A stretch of 64,000 nt of DNA from Dehalococcoidia bacterium (GCA_034428795.1 DAOUHF010000071.1:19256-83255), one strand, 5' to 3'. Positions 32,864 through 41,895 are shown, numbered from the stretch's first letter. Notes: generated by a model not told the origin, from the sequence alone. Translations and numbers: made by a program.

Positions 32864-33097
32864 CTATATGCTCACCCTTGCGTTCGATCGTGGCCTGGTC
32901 GTGCGCCTGGCGGACCATCGACAAAACGAATGGGATTCGGGAAGTCTGCTCCAGATCCACGATAACGCCATAAGGATGGCGTAAGGACGAATTCGGAATG
33001 AATTTCCGCCCCACTTGTAGTCGCGCTGGAAGACAGGGATCAGGAACTGCTTGACTCCGTTAATGATTCCCTGAAATGTGGTGTTCTTGGCTTCCAC
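32864..33097 (-). pseudogene. Remnant of a DUF262 (GmrSD-type, ParB-like nuclease N-terminal) gene
   Basis: GTG-start ORF begins MEAKNTTFQGIINGVKQFLIPVFQRDYKWG, which carries the DUF262 signature (IPxFQRxYxW). It then loses all resemblance. Only ~30 codons of a normally >500-aa protein remain. Confidence 0.5.
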
Positions 33098-33109
33098 GGC
33101 TATGCCACC

Positions 33110-35062
33110 CTACTCCTCGTCGCCGTACTGGCTCTTGAGGGAGTCCACCACGGCGGGGTCGGCCAGGGTGGTGGTGTCGCCCAAGGCGCGGCCCTCGGCT
33201 ACGTCCCGCAGCAGGCGGCGCATTATCTTGCCGCTGCGGGTCTTGGGGAGCTCGGCGGCGAAGTAGATGTCGTCGGGGCGGGCCATCGCCCCGATCTTCC
33301 CGGCCACGTGGGCCTTGAGTTCGGCGATCACGTCGTCGGACATGGCCACTTCGTCCTTCAGGGTTACGAAGGCCACGATAGCCTGGCCCTTCACCTCGTG
33401 TTCTTTGCCGATGCAAGCGGCCTCGGCGACCTTCAAGTTGTCCACCAGCGCGCTTTCGACCTCCATGGTGCCGATGCGGTGTCCCGAGACGTTGATCACG
33501 TCGTCCACGCGGCCCAGGAGCCAGAAATAGCCGTCCTCATCCAGCTTGGCTCCATCGGCGGTGAAATAGATGCCGGGGAACCGCGACCAGTAGGTGTCCT
33601 TGAACCGTTGCGGGTCGCCGTAGATGTTGCGCAGCATCGAGGGCCAGGGCCGTTTGATGGTCAGGTAACCGCCACCACCGGGACCAACCGCGTTCCCGGC
33701 CTCGTCCAGAATCTCGGCTTCGATTCCGGGGAACGGTTGGGTTGCCGAGCCCGGTTTCAGCGTGGTCAGGCCCGGCAACGGGGCGATCATGATGCTGCCG
33801 GTCTCTGTCTGCCACCAGGTATCCACCACCGGGCAGTTGCCCAAGCCGATGTTCTGCCAGTACCAGACCCAGGCTTCCGGGTTGATCGGCTCGCCCACGC
33901 TGCCCAGCAGCCGCAGGGTGGACAGATCGTGGCGTTGGGGATACGAGACGCCCCAGCGCATGAAGGTGCGGATGGCCGTCGGCGCGGTATACAGGATCGA
34001 GACGCCGTACTTGGCCACGATGGCCCAGAAACGGTCCCGGTCCGGGTAATCGGGGGAACCTTCGTACATAACCGTGGTGGCCCCGTTGGCCAAAGGCCCG
34101 TAGACAATGTAGCTGTGGCCGGTGACCCAGCCGATGTCGGCGGTGCACCAATAGGTGTCGTCTTCCTTCAAGTCGAAGACCCACTTGGTCGTGGCGTAGG
34201 TGCCCAGGAGGTATCCCCCGGTGGTGTGGACAATGCCCTTGGGCTTGCCGGTAGTGCCGCTGGTGTACAGCAGGTATAGCATGTCCTCGCTGTCCATCGG
34301 TTCCGGGTCGCAGGTCTGGGGTTGGCCCTCGACCAGGTCGTGCCACCAGATGTCCCGGCCGTCCACCATCTTGTCGTCGGCGCTGCCGGTCCGGCGCAGC
34401 ACCACCACCCGTTCGATGCTGGGCGAACCGTCCAAGGAATCGTCGGCGTTCTGCTTCAAGGGGACAATTCCGCCGCGGCGGTAGCCACCGTCGGCGGTGA
34501 TCAACACCTTGGACTCGGAGTCGTTGATGCGGTCGCGCAACGACTCGGCGCTGAATCCGCCGAACACGACGCTGTGGGGTGCGCCAATGCGGGCGCAGGC
34601 CAACATTGCGATGGGTAGTTCCGGGGTCATGGGCAGATATATGGTCACCCGGTCGCCCTTCCTCACACCGAGGCTCTTCAGGCCATTGGCGAAGCGGCAG
34701 ACCTCGCGGTAGAGGTCCCAGTAGGTATAGACTTTCCAATCGCCCGGCTCGCCCTCCCAAATGATGGCGGCCTTGTTGCGCCGGCCGGCCGTCAGGTGAC
34801 GGTCGATGCAGTTATAGGAGACGTTGAGCTTTCCGCCGACGAACCACTTGGCGAAGGGAGGATCCCACTCCAGCACTCGTTCCCACTTCTGGAACCAGTC
34901 CAACTCCTCGGCAAGACCGGCCCAGAAGGCCTCGGGGTCCTGCCGGGCCTTCTCGTAGATGTCCGGGTCCGCCATGTTGGCTTTCCCGACAAAATCCCCA
35001 GGAGGAGGGAAGGTGCGCTCCTCCTGGAGCAAGGCTTCAATGTTTCCTGAGTTCTCTACCAT
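33110..35062 (-). CDS. acs: Acetyl-CoA synthetase
   Basis: 650 aa, [19 protein letters not shown], canonical Acs N- and C-termini. Confidence 0.95.
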   Translation of the reverse strand: MVENSGNIEALLQEERTFPPPGDFVGKANMADPDIYEKARQDPEAFWAGLAEELDWFQKWERVLEWDPPFAKWFVGGKLNVSYNCIDRHLTAGRRNKAAIIWEGEPGDWKVYTYWDLYREVCRFANGLKSLGVRKGDRVTIYLPMTPELPIAMLACARIGAPHSVVFGGFSAESLRDRINDSESKVLITADGGYRRGGIVPLKQNADDSLDGSPSIERVVVLRRTGSADDKMVDGRDIWWHDLVEGQPQTCDPEPMDSEDMLYLLYTSGTTGKPKGIVHTTGGYLLGTYATTKWVFDLKEDDTYWCTADIGWVTGHSYIVYGPLANGATTVMYEGSPDYPDRDRFWAIVAKYGVSILYTAPTAIRTFMRWGVSYPQRHDLSTLRLLGSVGEPINPEAWVWYWQNIGLGNCPVVDTWWQTETGSIMIAPLPGLTTLKPGSATQPFPGIEAEILDEAGNAVGPGGGGYLTIKRPWPSMLRNIYGDPQRFKDTYWSRFPGIYFTADGAKLDEDGYFWLLGRVDDVINVSGHRIGTMEVESALVDNLKVAEAACIGKEHEVKGQAIVAFVTLKDEVAMSDDVIAELKAHVAGKIGAMARPDDIYFAAELPKTRSGKIMRRLLRDVAEGRALGDTTTLADPAVVDSLKSQYGDEE

Positions 35063-35095
35063 AAAAGCCCTCCGACATGGCCGCTGTCCTTCCGG

Positions 35096-35761
35096 TCAGC
35101 TTTGAACGACTGATAAAAGTTCCTGCTCGTAGAACTCGGCGCCCCTATCATACGTTTCAGGAAACCGGTCTAACATTTCAACGAATTGTCTCATTATCGG
35201 ACTGATCCAACCGATAGTTTCCAGAATTTGTCCGTGGAGCTCTGTCAAGTCGCCACGGCTCCACACCGGCTCGTGATGAAATACCCGGTTTCGCAACAAG
35301 CGTATATGATAAAGGCGCTTAGATAGGCGGCCCCGAGTCCGGTGTTGATTTGGGACGCCGGGAAAAACCGGTTTGAGTAGCTTTCGCCATAGTTGCTCCT
35401 CGTATTGGCTATCAAACAGACCTGCCCAGAATCCGAAATTCAGTTGGGCTACCATGTCTCCTGAGGTGAACGAAGCCCCTAGTTTCTTCCGCGCCTTCTG
35501 CAGAGCGTCCTTCGATTTCTTCGTCCTAAGTCTGTCGAACCAGTACTCGTCGCCGAATTCGTCACTAGCGGCGTAGTGAATATGGTTGCGCAGCGTGATT
35601 TCCAAGCCGTTTAATACAGGATACAGGCTTTCGCATAATGCCACATTCCAAGCGTAGGCGCTTAACGATAGCAAATCGTTCGCTGTGGCCTGCTGTCGAT
35701 AAGGTCCAATCCGAGACTCGGAAATCGTGTGACAGATTTGATGAACGTATTCTGATGGCAT
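35096..35761 (-). CDS. Abi-like protein (Abi_2 / AbiD-AbiF family, HEPN-type RNRxxHHE motif)
   Basis: 221 aa. YAWNVALCESLYPVLNGLEITLRNHI, FGFWAGLF, LLRNRVFHHEPVW. About 52% GC in a 60-bp sample I counted. Confidence 0.7.
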   Translation of the reverse strand: MPSEYVHQICHTISESRIGPYRQQATANDLLSLSAYAWNVALCESLYPVLNGLEITLRNHIHYAASDEFGDEYWFDRLRTKKSKDALQKARKKLGASFTSGDMVAQLNFGFWAGLFDSQYEEQLWRKLLKPVFPGVPNQHRTRGRLSKRLYHIRLLRNRVFHHEPVWSRGDLTELHGQILETIGWISPIMRQFVEMLDRFPETYDRGAEFYEQELLSVVQS

Positions 35762-35795
35762 CCGGTGTTGTTATCTGTTAGTATTGGCATGTAGT

Positions 35796-35851
35796 CCCCG
35801 GGTCGTCCTCTCCCGACCTTTAGGTCGGTGATGACGCCGGGGTTTTTGTTT
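35796..35851 (+). terminator. Orphan terminator-like hairpin plus T-tract with no upstream plus-strand gene
   Basis: CCCCGGGTCGTC..CCCGACC-ttta-GGTCGG..GATGACGCCGGGG followed by TTTTTGTTT. Confidence 0.4.
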
Positions 35852-35910
35852 GCCCTCGATTGGGTCGGGATCGGCCCTCCACGGCATTTGTAGCACACGC
35901 TACCCACCTT

Positions 35911-35942
35911 GTAAACGACCAGCGGCGTAAACGACCAGCAGC
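35911..35942. repeat. 16-bp tandem duplication (gtaaacgaccagcRgc x2) upstream of the MFS gene
   Basis: Read directly. Confidence 0.9.
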
Positions 35943-36012
35943 CGACGGGCGCCACCGCTGCCCCCCGCCTCCGCACCCGCGTCTTCCGCCCATGCCGTAG
36001 AATTCATGGGCT

Positions 36013-37515
36013 ATGAGTGCCTCCGGCAGTCCCATAACCGCACCCGGTGGCGGCGCTCCCGCGGCCGGACGCTGGAACGACGTTGTCTTGGCCTCCATTG
36101 CCGGTTTGGGCATGTTCCTGGCGACGCTGGACTTTTCCCTGAACGTGGCGCTGCCCGCCGTGGCAGAGGCGTTGGGCGCGGACCTGCAGAGCGTCCAGTG
36201 GCTGCTGGTCGTGTTCATCGCAACCAGGGCAGGTATTGCCATGGGTGCGGGCAGCTTGGCCGACAGGATCGGGCTGAGGCCCGTCTACCTGTGGGCCACC
36301 GTAACCTACGCCGTATCCATGGTCTGCATTGCCTACTCGCCTGGCCTGTCGGCAATGGTGGGCTTCAGGGCGATGCAGGCAATCGGGACGGGCGCGCTGT
36401 ACGCCGTGTCGCCGGCCATTGCCGCCAACGTCTTCCCCGCCCACCGGCGCGGGCTGGGGATGGGGTTCACGGCCGGGTCTCACGCTCTGGGCATGTTGGC
36501 CGGGACCCTCGGCGCAGGGTTGTTGACCGGATGGCTGGGCTGGGAGTGGACCTTCCTGGGAAGAGTCCCCTTTGCGGCAGTCGCTTTGGTGTTGGCCTTC
36601 ATCTACCTGCAGCGGAGTCCCGGCAAAACCGGGCCGGGCGGCGGCGCGGCCGCGCCGCCGTTCGACATCGCGGGGGCCTTCTCGCTGGTGGCAGGGGTAT
36701 TGTGCTTGGTGATAGGCCTGCGTTTGGGCCGTTCAATCGGCTGGGACTCTTTGCCCGTATTGGTCCTGTTGCCGCTGGCGCCGCTCATCTTATGGCTATT
36801 CTGGCGGCTGGAACGGACAGCCTCCTGGCCGGTCCTGCCGCTGCACCTGCTTCGCAACCGGGGATTCGCCGTTTCCACCATCACCATGTTCCTCGCCTAT
36901 TTCTGCGCCTTTGTAATCTGGTTCATCTTCCCGTTTTACGTGGCCGACAGCCTGCTACGGGGACCGGTGACGATCGGTATCCTGCTGGGCATCAACGCCT
37001 TGATGATTTCCGGCTTTTCCGGCTTCGGCGGGTGCTTGAGCGACCGTACGGGCACCGCCCCGGTGGGGGTGGCCGGCATGCTGCTGATGGCCGCCGGTCT
37101 CGCCTATATGGCGTTCTTGGACCAGGAGTCGTCCCTCGGTAATGTTGGCTTCCGGGCGGCCATCGTGGGCGCCGGCCTTGGACTCTTCCAAGCGTCGGCC
37201 TACGCCCTGATGATGAAGAGCGTGCCGGAGGAACGCTTTGGGACGGCGGGCGCGGCGTTGTCCCTGGCCCAAGCGGTGGGCTCGGTATTGGCGATTGCAA
37301 TCCTGGGAGGCGTTTTCGCTTGGCGGAGCGATTACCATCTGGCTAACCTGGCTGGAATCGTCAACCCCGAAGGCGTGGCCTTCGTCAAAGCCCTGCGAGA
37401 CGTTTACCTGTTGGGCTCGGTACTGGCCCTATTGGGAGCGGTCGTTTTCCGGTTCGGAGTCGCCAGGCGGTCGAAGGAAAATCCGCCGGAGGGCCCGCCG
37501 GCGATCAGGACGTGA
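36013..37515 (+). CDS. MFS transporter (DHA2/EmrB-like, ~14 TM segments)
   Basis: 500 aa, hydrophobic throughout, LADRIGLRPVY (motif A-like). The alternative frame 36006..37142 was rejected. Confidence 0.85.
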   Translation: MSASGSPITAPGGGAPAAGRWNDVVLASIAGLGMFLATLDFSLNVALPAVAEALGADLQSVQWLLVVFIATRAGIAMGAGSLADRIGLRPVYLWATVTYAVSMVCIAYSPGLSAMVGFRAMQAIGTGALYAVSPAIAANVFPAHRRGLGMGFTAGSHALGMLAGTLGAGLLTGWLGWEWTFLGRVPFAAVALVLAFIYLQRSPGKTGPGGGAAAPPFDIAGAFSLVAGVLCLVIGLRLGRSIGWDSLPVLVLLPLAPLILWLFWRLERTASWPVLPLHLLRNRGFAVSTITMFLAYFCAFVIWFIFPFYVADSLLRGPVTIGILLGINALMISGFSGFGGCLSDRTGTAPVGVAGMLLMAAGLAYMAFLDQESSLGNVGFRAAIVGAGLGLFQASAYALMMKSVPEERFGTAGAALSLAQAVGSVLAIAILGGVFAWRSDYHLANLAGIVNPEGVAFVKALRDVYLLGSVLALLGAVVFRFGVARRSKENPPEGPPAIRT

Positions 37516-37594
37516 CGTCCCGCGGCTGGTCGTCCAAAATATCGAGCAAACACGGTGGGAAGTGGAATTCGACAGGCTCCCGCATCGCATTTTC

Positions 37595-37623
37595 TTGACC
37601 CGGTAGGGGTTGGTTGTTACACT
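37595..37623 (+). promoter_or_regulatory. Candidate sigma70-type promoter for tRNA-Val (TTGACC-N17-TACACT)
   Basis: Read directly. The -10 element ends 10 nt before the mature tRNA 5' end. Confidence 0.6.
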
Positions 37624-37633
37624 GCTTCGGTGC

Positions 37634-37710
37634 GGGCGGTTAGCTCAGTTGGTTAGAGTACTTGCTCGACACGCAAGAGGTCAGTGGTTCGAGTCCACTA
37701 CCGCCCACCA
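37634..37710 (+). tRNA. tRNA-Val (anticodon GAC), CCA encoded
   Basis: Hand-folded: acceptor GGGCGGT/ACCGCCC, D arm GCTC-AGTTGGTTA-GAGT, anticodon arm CTTGC-TCGACAC-GCAAG, T arm AGTGG-TTCGAGT-CCACT, discriminator A plus CCA. Position 33 reads C rather than U. Confidence 0.85.
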
Positions 37711-37841
37711 CCTGCCCATTTGATTGGCATGGTGACCGCGCCGATTTCCGATCCATCCCATCATCAGGCTAACCGTCCGGCGTCGGGCTGACCATTCGGC
37801 CCACCACTTTGTCGCCCTGACGGTTGCATCAGAGAGAAAAA

Positions 37842-38366
37842 ATGGACGCCGCCCAACTGACGAAACCTACCGCCAACCCCAGAATTCCAAGGTTCGGGCC
37901 GGGAGACACCGTAAAGGTGAATTTCCGCATTCGCGAGGGTGAGAGGGAACGGATCCAAGCCTTTCAGGGCGTGGTCATCCGCCTGCAGAACGGCACGGGT
38001 CCCGCCGCCAACTTCACCGTCCGCCGGATCTCCAGCGGCATCGGCATCGAGCGTATCTTCCCCATCTACTCCCCGTTGGTGGAGTCGCTGGAGGTAACCC
38101 GGTACGGCTCGGTGCGCAGGGCCAAGCTTTACTACTTGCGCGGTCTCCAGGGCAGGGCAGCCCGCATCAAGGAAAAAAGTCCGCTGCAGCGGCGCAAGGC
38201 CTCTCGGCCAACGCAGGCGGCCGTTGATGCCGAAGCTGCCGAAGCTGCGGCGTTGGCCGCGCTGGCTGCGGAAGCCGCGGAAGAACCGCCGGTGGACGAA
38301 CTGGAAGCACCTGCAGAGGAAGGACCGGAACAGGGACCTCCCGAGGACCCTGAAGCGAAAGAATAA
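37842..38366 (+). CDS. rplS: 50S ribosomal protein L19 with ~60-aa Ala/Glu/Pro-rich C-terminal extension
   Basis: [40 protein letters not shown]. Start placed at ATG 37842. Confidence 0.85.
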   Translation: MDAAQLTKPTANPRIPRFGPGDTVKVNFRIREGERERIQAFQGVVIRLQNGTGPAANFTVRRISSGIGIERIFPIYSPLVESLEVTRYGSVRRAKLYYLRGLQGRAARIKEKSPLQRRKASRPTQAAVDAEAAEAAALAALAAEAAEEPPVDELEAPAEEGPEQGPPEDPEAKE

Positions 38367-38471
38367 GACCATGAACCGGCCCGCCAGGAGCGGGCCGGTT
38401 GGTTTCACGGCCGGGCCGCGACCTCCCGGCTCACCTCAACGCACCGGGATTCGACTCCGACCATGGCCTGC

Positions 38472-40970
38472 ATGAGATACGCGGATGTGGCGGTGGACGC
38501 CGCAGTACCCCACCCAACCACCTTCTCCTACAAGATACCTGCTCATTTATCTGTGGAGTCCGGACACCTCGTATGGGTGCCCTTCGGCAGCCAGGTCCTC
38601 AAAGGCTTGGTGGTCGGGCTCTCCCCGTCGTCACCGGTTGCGGCCACTCGTGACATCCTCCAGGTCGTGGAACCTTCCCCTTTGTTGGGCCCGGTCCAAC
38701 TGGAGTTGGGACGGTGGTTGAGCCGGTATTACCGTTGCGTCTTGTTTACCGCTTTATCCCTGTTCCTGCCTCCAGGGTTCGAAGCTCAAGTCCGTTCCCG
38801 CCTCAAGGTGTCCCGGGAAATCGACGTGGACTCCCTCGGTTTGAAACCCGGCGTCGCTGCGGCTCTTGAGGCGCTGGCCACGCGGACTTCCCAGCCCGAG
38901 CGGGAGTTCTTGAAGGCTCTGGGCCGGTCGGACCAGAGAGAGGTGAACCGTCTCGTGGAACGAGGCGTGGTGCTGCGGACCGTTTCCCTCCCCACCCCAA
39001 TGGCTCCTCGGTACGAGTCTTTCCTGCTTCTCCGTGACGCCTCGCCCCCTGAAGCTGATCTGGACGCCGATTTGGGCGCCGGTCTGGGCGGCCGGCAGCG
39101 AGCTCTTTTCTCGGCCCTGCAGTCCTACGGAGAGCCGTATCCTGCCCGGCTGGCCAACAAGGAATTTGGCGCCGGTACCGCCCAGGCGCTGTTCGACAAG
39201 GGGCTGGTGGGGATGGAATGGCGGCGCACCGGGCCCAACTCCCTGCGTGAAGAAAAAGCGGGGCCATCTTTCGGAACGCCACGCTCCGGGCCGACAGGCC
39301 TCACGCTGACGCCGGAGCAGGGAACGGCGCTGGCCGACATCGAGCTCGCGCTGGACAACCCGGCCCATGAGCCCCGGAGCTTCTTGCTGCACGGCGTAAC
39401 CGGCAGCGGCAAGACCGAAGTCTACCTGAGGGCCATCGACCGTGTGGTGCGCCACGGAAAACGGGCCCTGTTCCTGGTGCCGGAAATCTCCCTTACACCC
39501 CAGACGCTGGAGCGTGTCAATGCGTGGTTCCCCGGAAGGGCCGCCCTATTGCACAGTCGAATGACCCCGAGGCAACAGTTCGACCAGTGGTGGAACGTGA
39601 GAGAAGGCCGTTTCGACGTGGTGGTCGGGCCGCGGAGCGCGTTGTTTGCACCGTTGGAGGACTTGGGGCTCATCGTCATCGACGAAGAACACGAGTGGAC
39701 CTACAAGCAGATAGAGTCCCATCCCTTCTACCATGCCCGCACCGTTGCTATGGAGCTGTCGAGATTGACCGGCGCCGGAGTGGTCTTGGGCAGCGCCACC
39801 CCGGACGTCGAGTCCTACTATGACGCTTCCCGCGGCCGGCACCGCTTGTTGACGTTACCCAACCGCGTAGGTCCGGCGCTACTGGGTCCGGTGGCCGGGG
39901 CGCCGGAGCTTCCCGGACCCGGGACCCAGTCCGCGGCGGCACGCATGGCCGAGGTGCAGGTCGTCGATATGCGCCAAGAGTTGCGGGAAGGGAACCGGGA
40001 GATATTCAGCCGGGAGTTGGCCACAAGGCTGACAAGATGTATCGATGAAGGGCGGCAGGCGATCCTCTTCTTGAATCGACGGGGGGCCGCGCCCATCGTG
40101 CAGTGCCGGGACTGCGGTTTCGTGGAGACCTGCCGCCGCTGTTCCGTCTCGCTGACCTATCACTCCGTTTTGGGACGGCTGGTCTGCCACCAATGCTACG
40201 GCCGGACTTCCATGCCCCGGCAGTGCCGCCGCTGCTCCGGCAGTCATATCCGCCACCTCGGCTTGGGCACCCAAAGGGTGGTGGACGAGGCGACGAAGCT
40301 CCTGCCCGGAGTCCGCATTGACCGGTTGGATGGAGACTCCACACGCTCTGGGCACGGCTTGGAGCTGGCGATGGACCGGCTGACCAGAGGAGAGACCCAG
40401 GTGCTGGTTGGGACCCAGATGGTAGCCAAAGGACTCGACGTGCCGAACGTTTCCTTGGTTGGTGTAGTGCTGGCCGACATAGGCCTCTTTCTGCCCGATT
40501 TTCGTGCTGGCGAGCGCACGTTCAGCCTGCTGTGCCAAGTGGCCGGCCGGGCAGGCCGGGGCGGCGCGCCGGGGCGGGCCATCATTCAGACCTACAACCC
40601 GGAACACTACGCCGTCAGGGCCGCAGGCGCTCAAGACTATTCGGCCGTCTACCCGGTAGAGATCGAGTCCAGGCGGCAACTTGGCAATCCGCCGTTCAAC
40701 CGGATGGTCCACCTGGTATTTCACAATTCGAATCGCGGTTCGGCCCAACGTCAGGCGGCGCAGGTCCGGCGCGAATTGGACCGCCGCGCCTTCTCGAAGG
40801 GACTGACTGACGTGGACGTTTCCGGCCCCGCGCCGGGCGTTCCGGAGCGGGTGCGCGGCCGTTACCGGTGGCGACTCTTGTTGCGGGGCCAAGACCTCCA
40901 CGAGGTGTTGGAGGGGATGGACCTTCCCGCCGGCTGCACGGTAGACGTTGACCCGGTCCATCTGCTCTAG
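38472..40970 (+). CDS. priA: Primosomal protein N' (replication restart helicase PriA)
   Basis: MRYADVAVD..., GVTGSGKTEVY Walker A, IDEEH, Cys4-Cys4 zinc region CRDCG..CRRCS..CHQC..CRRC. Confidence 0.9.
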   Translation: MRYADVAVDAAVPHPTTFSYKIPAHLSVESGHLVWVPFGSQVLKGLVVGLSPSSPVAATRDILQVVEPSPLLGPVQLELGRWLSRYYRCVLFTALSLFLPPGFEAQVRSRLKVSREIDVDSLGLKPGVAAALEALATRTSQPEREFLKALGRSDQREVNRLVERGVVLRTVSLPTPMAPRYESFLLLRDASPPEADLDADLGAGLGGRQRALFSALQSYGEPYPARLANKEFGAGTAQALFDKGLVGMEWRRTGPNSLREEKAGPSFGTPRSGPTGLTLTPEQGTALADIELALDNPAHEPRSFLLHGVTGSGKTEVYLRAIDRVVRHGKRALFLVPEISLTPQTLERVNAWFPGRAALLHSRMTPRQQFDQWWNVREGRFDVVVGPRSALFAPLEDLGLIVIDEEHEWTYKQIESHPFYHARTVAMELSRLTGAGVVLGSATPDVESYYDASRGRHRLLTLPNRVGPALLGPVAGAPELPGPGTQSAAARMAEVQVVDMRQELREGNREIFSRELATRLTRCIDEGRQAILFLNRRGAAPIVQCRDCGFVETCRRCSVSLTYHSVLGRLVCHQCYGRTSMPRQCRRCSGSHIRHLGLGTQRVVDEATKLLPGVRIDRLDGDSTRSGHGLELAMDRLTRGETQVLVGTQMVAKGLDVPNVSLVGVVLADIGLFLPDFRAGERTFSLLCQVAGRAGRGGAPGRAIIQTYNPEHYAVRAAGAQDYSAVYPVEIESRRQLGNPPFNRMVHLVFHNSNRGSAQRQAAQVRRELDRRAFSKGLTDVDVSGPAPGVPERVRGRYRWRLLLRGQDLHEVLEGMDLPAGCTVDVDPVHLL

Positions 40971-40976
40971 GCGGTT

Positions 40977-41005
40977 TTGCACTCACCGGAAGGGTTCAAT
41001 ATAAT
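40977..41005 (+). promoter_or_regulatory. Candidate sigma70-type promoter for def (TTGCAC-N17-TATAAT)
   Basis: Read directly. Confidence 0.45.
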
Positions 41006-41108
41006 GGTCGTCAGCCCCTCGCAGGCGTCGGGTGTAAGCTGCGGGGGGTCATAGGTAATTGAGAATCAAGATGCTGCGGATTCGTCCGCGGTGCAGAGGC
41101 GGTATACC

Positions 41109-41741
41109 GTGGCGGTACTAACGATCCGGACGGCGCCGGACCCGGTGCTTTTCAAGAAAGCCAGAAAGATAGCGAAGATAGCCCCCCGGCACAAGAAACT
41201 GACCGACGACATGGTGGAGACCATGGAATATCACAACGGGGTGGGCCTGGCTGCCAACCAGGTGGGCGTGCTGGAACGCGTCGCAGTGGTCCGCACTCCC
41301 GAAATGGAAGAGGCCATGGTGCTGGTCAATCCGGAGATCGTTCGGCAGGAAGGCGAACGGGAGGTGGAGGAAGGGTGTCTCAGCGTTCCCGGTTACCGGG
41401 GTATAGTACGGCGTTCTCTGAAGGTCCGGGCTCGGGCCCAATCGCTGGACGGCAAGCAGTTCAAGGTCGATGCGGAGGAGTTGCTGGCCCAGGCGTTGGA
41501 ACACGAGATCGATCACTTGAACGGCATTCTCTACATGGACCACCTGATCAGCCACGAAACCCTGCGAAAGGTCGACGAGTCCCCTGACGAAGAGTGGGAA
41601 GAAGAGGACTCGGACGGACCGGATTCCGGGTCGGGGCACAGTCACCTCGATGGCGCCGGGTCTAGTTTCGAAGACTTGCATCGCCGGTTACACGGCATTG
41701 GCGATGAATCCGGGGCCCGGGCTGAAGCTCCGACGGCCTAG
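41109..41741 (+). CDS. def: Peptide deformylase with ~50-aa acidic C-terminal extension
   Basis: GVGLAANQVG, EGCLSVPG, HEIDHLNG. Start placed at GTG 41109 (AGAGG RBS). The track start is 41091. Confidence 0.85.
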   Translation: MAVLTIRTAPDPVLFKKARKIAKIAPRHKKLTDDMVETMEYHNGVGLAANQVGVLERVAVVRTPEMEEAMVLVNPEIVRQEGEREVEEGCLSVPGYRGIVRRSLKVRARAQSLDGKQFKVDAEELLAQALEHEIDHLNGILYMDHLISHETLRKVDESPDEEWEEEDSDGPDSGSGHSHLDGAGSSFEDLHRRLHGIGDESGARAEAPTA

Positions 41742-41895
41742 CCGGGGAGAAGCCGCGCTCGGCGAATCTCGCTTCGCTTTTTCATCCGCACGCAGCGCCT
41801 TGGGCCCAGCCGCTTAGCCTGGATGTCCTCTTTTGGGCCTTGGGATTTGCATGGCAACGAACCGGCAATATTTTTCGTGAGATGCCAACCGCAAG

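Noticed and set aside
36078-36110. Antisense peptide MEAKTTSFQ within the MFS gene resembles the DUF262-remnant start MEAKNTTFQG (33070-33097)
   Set aside because: The similarity covers only ~13 nt (tcttggcYtcca). It lies antisense inside a well-supported MFS gene. It is judged a chance match.
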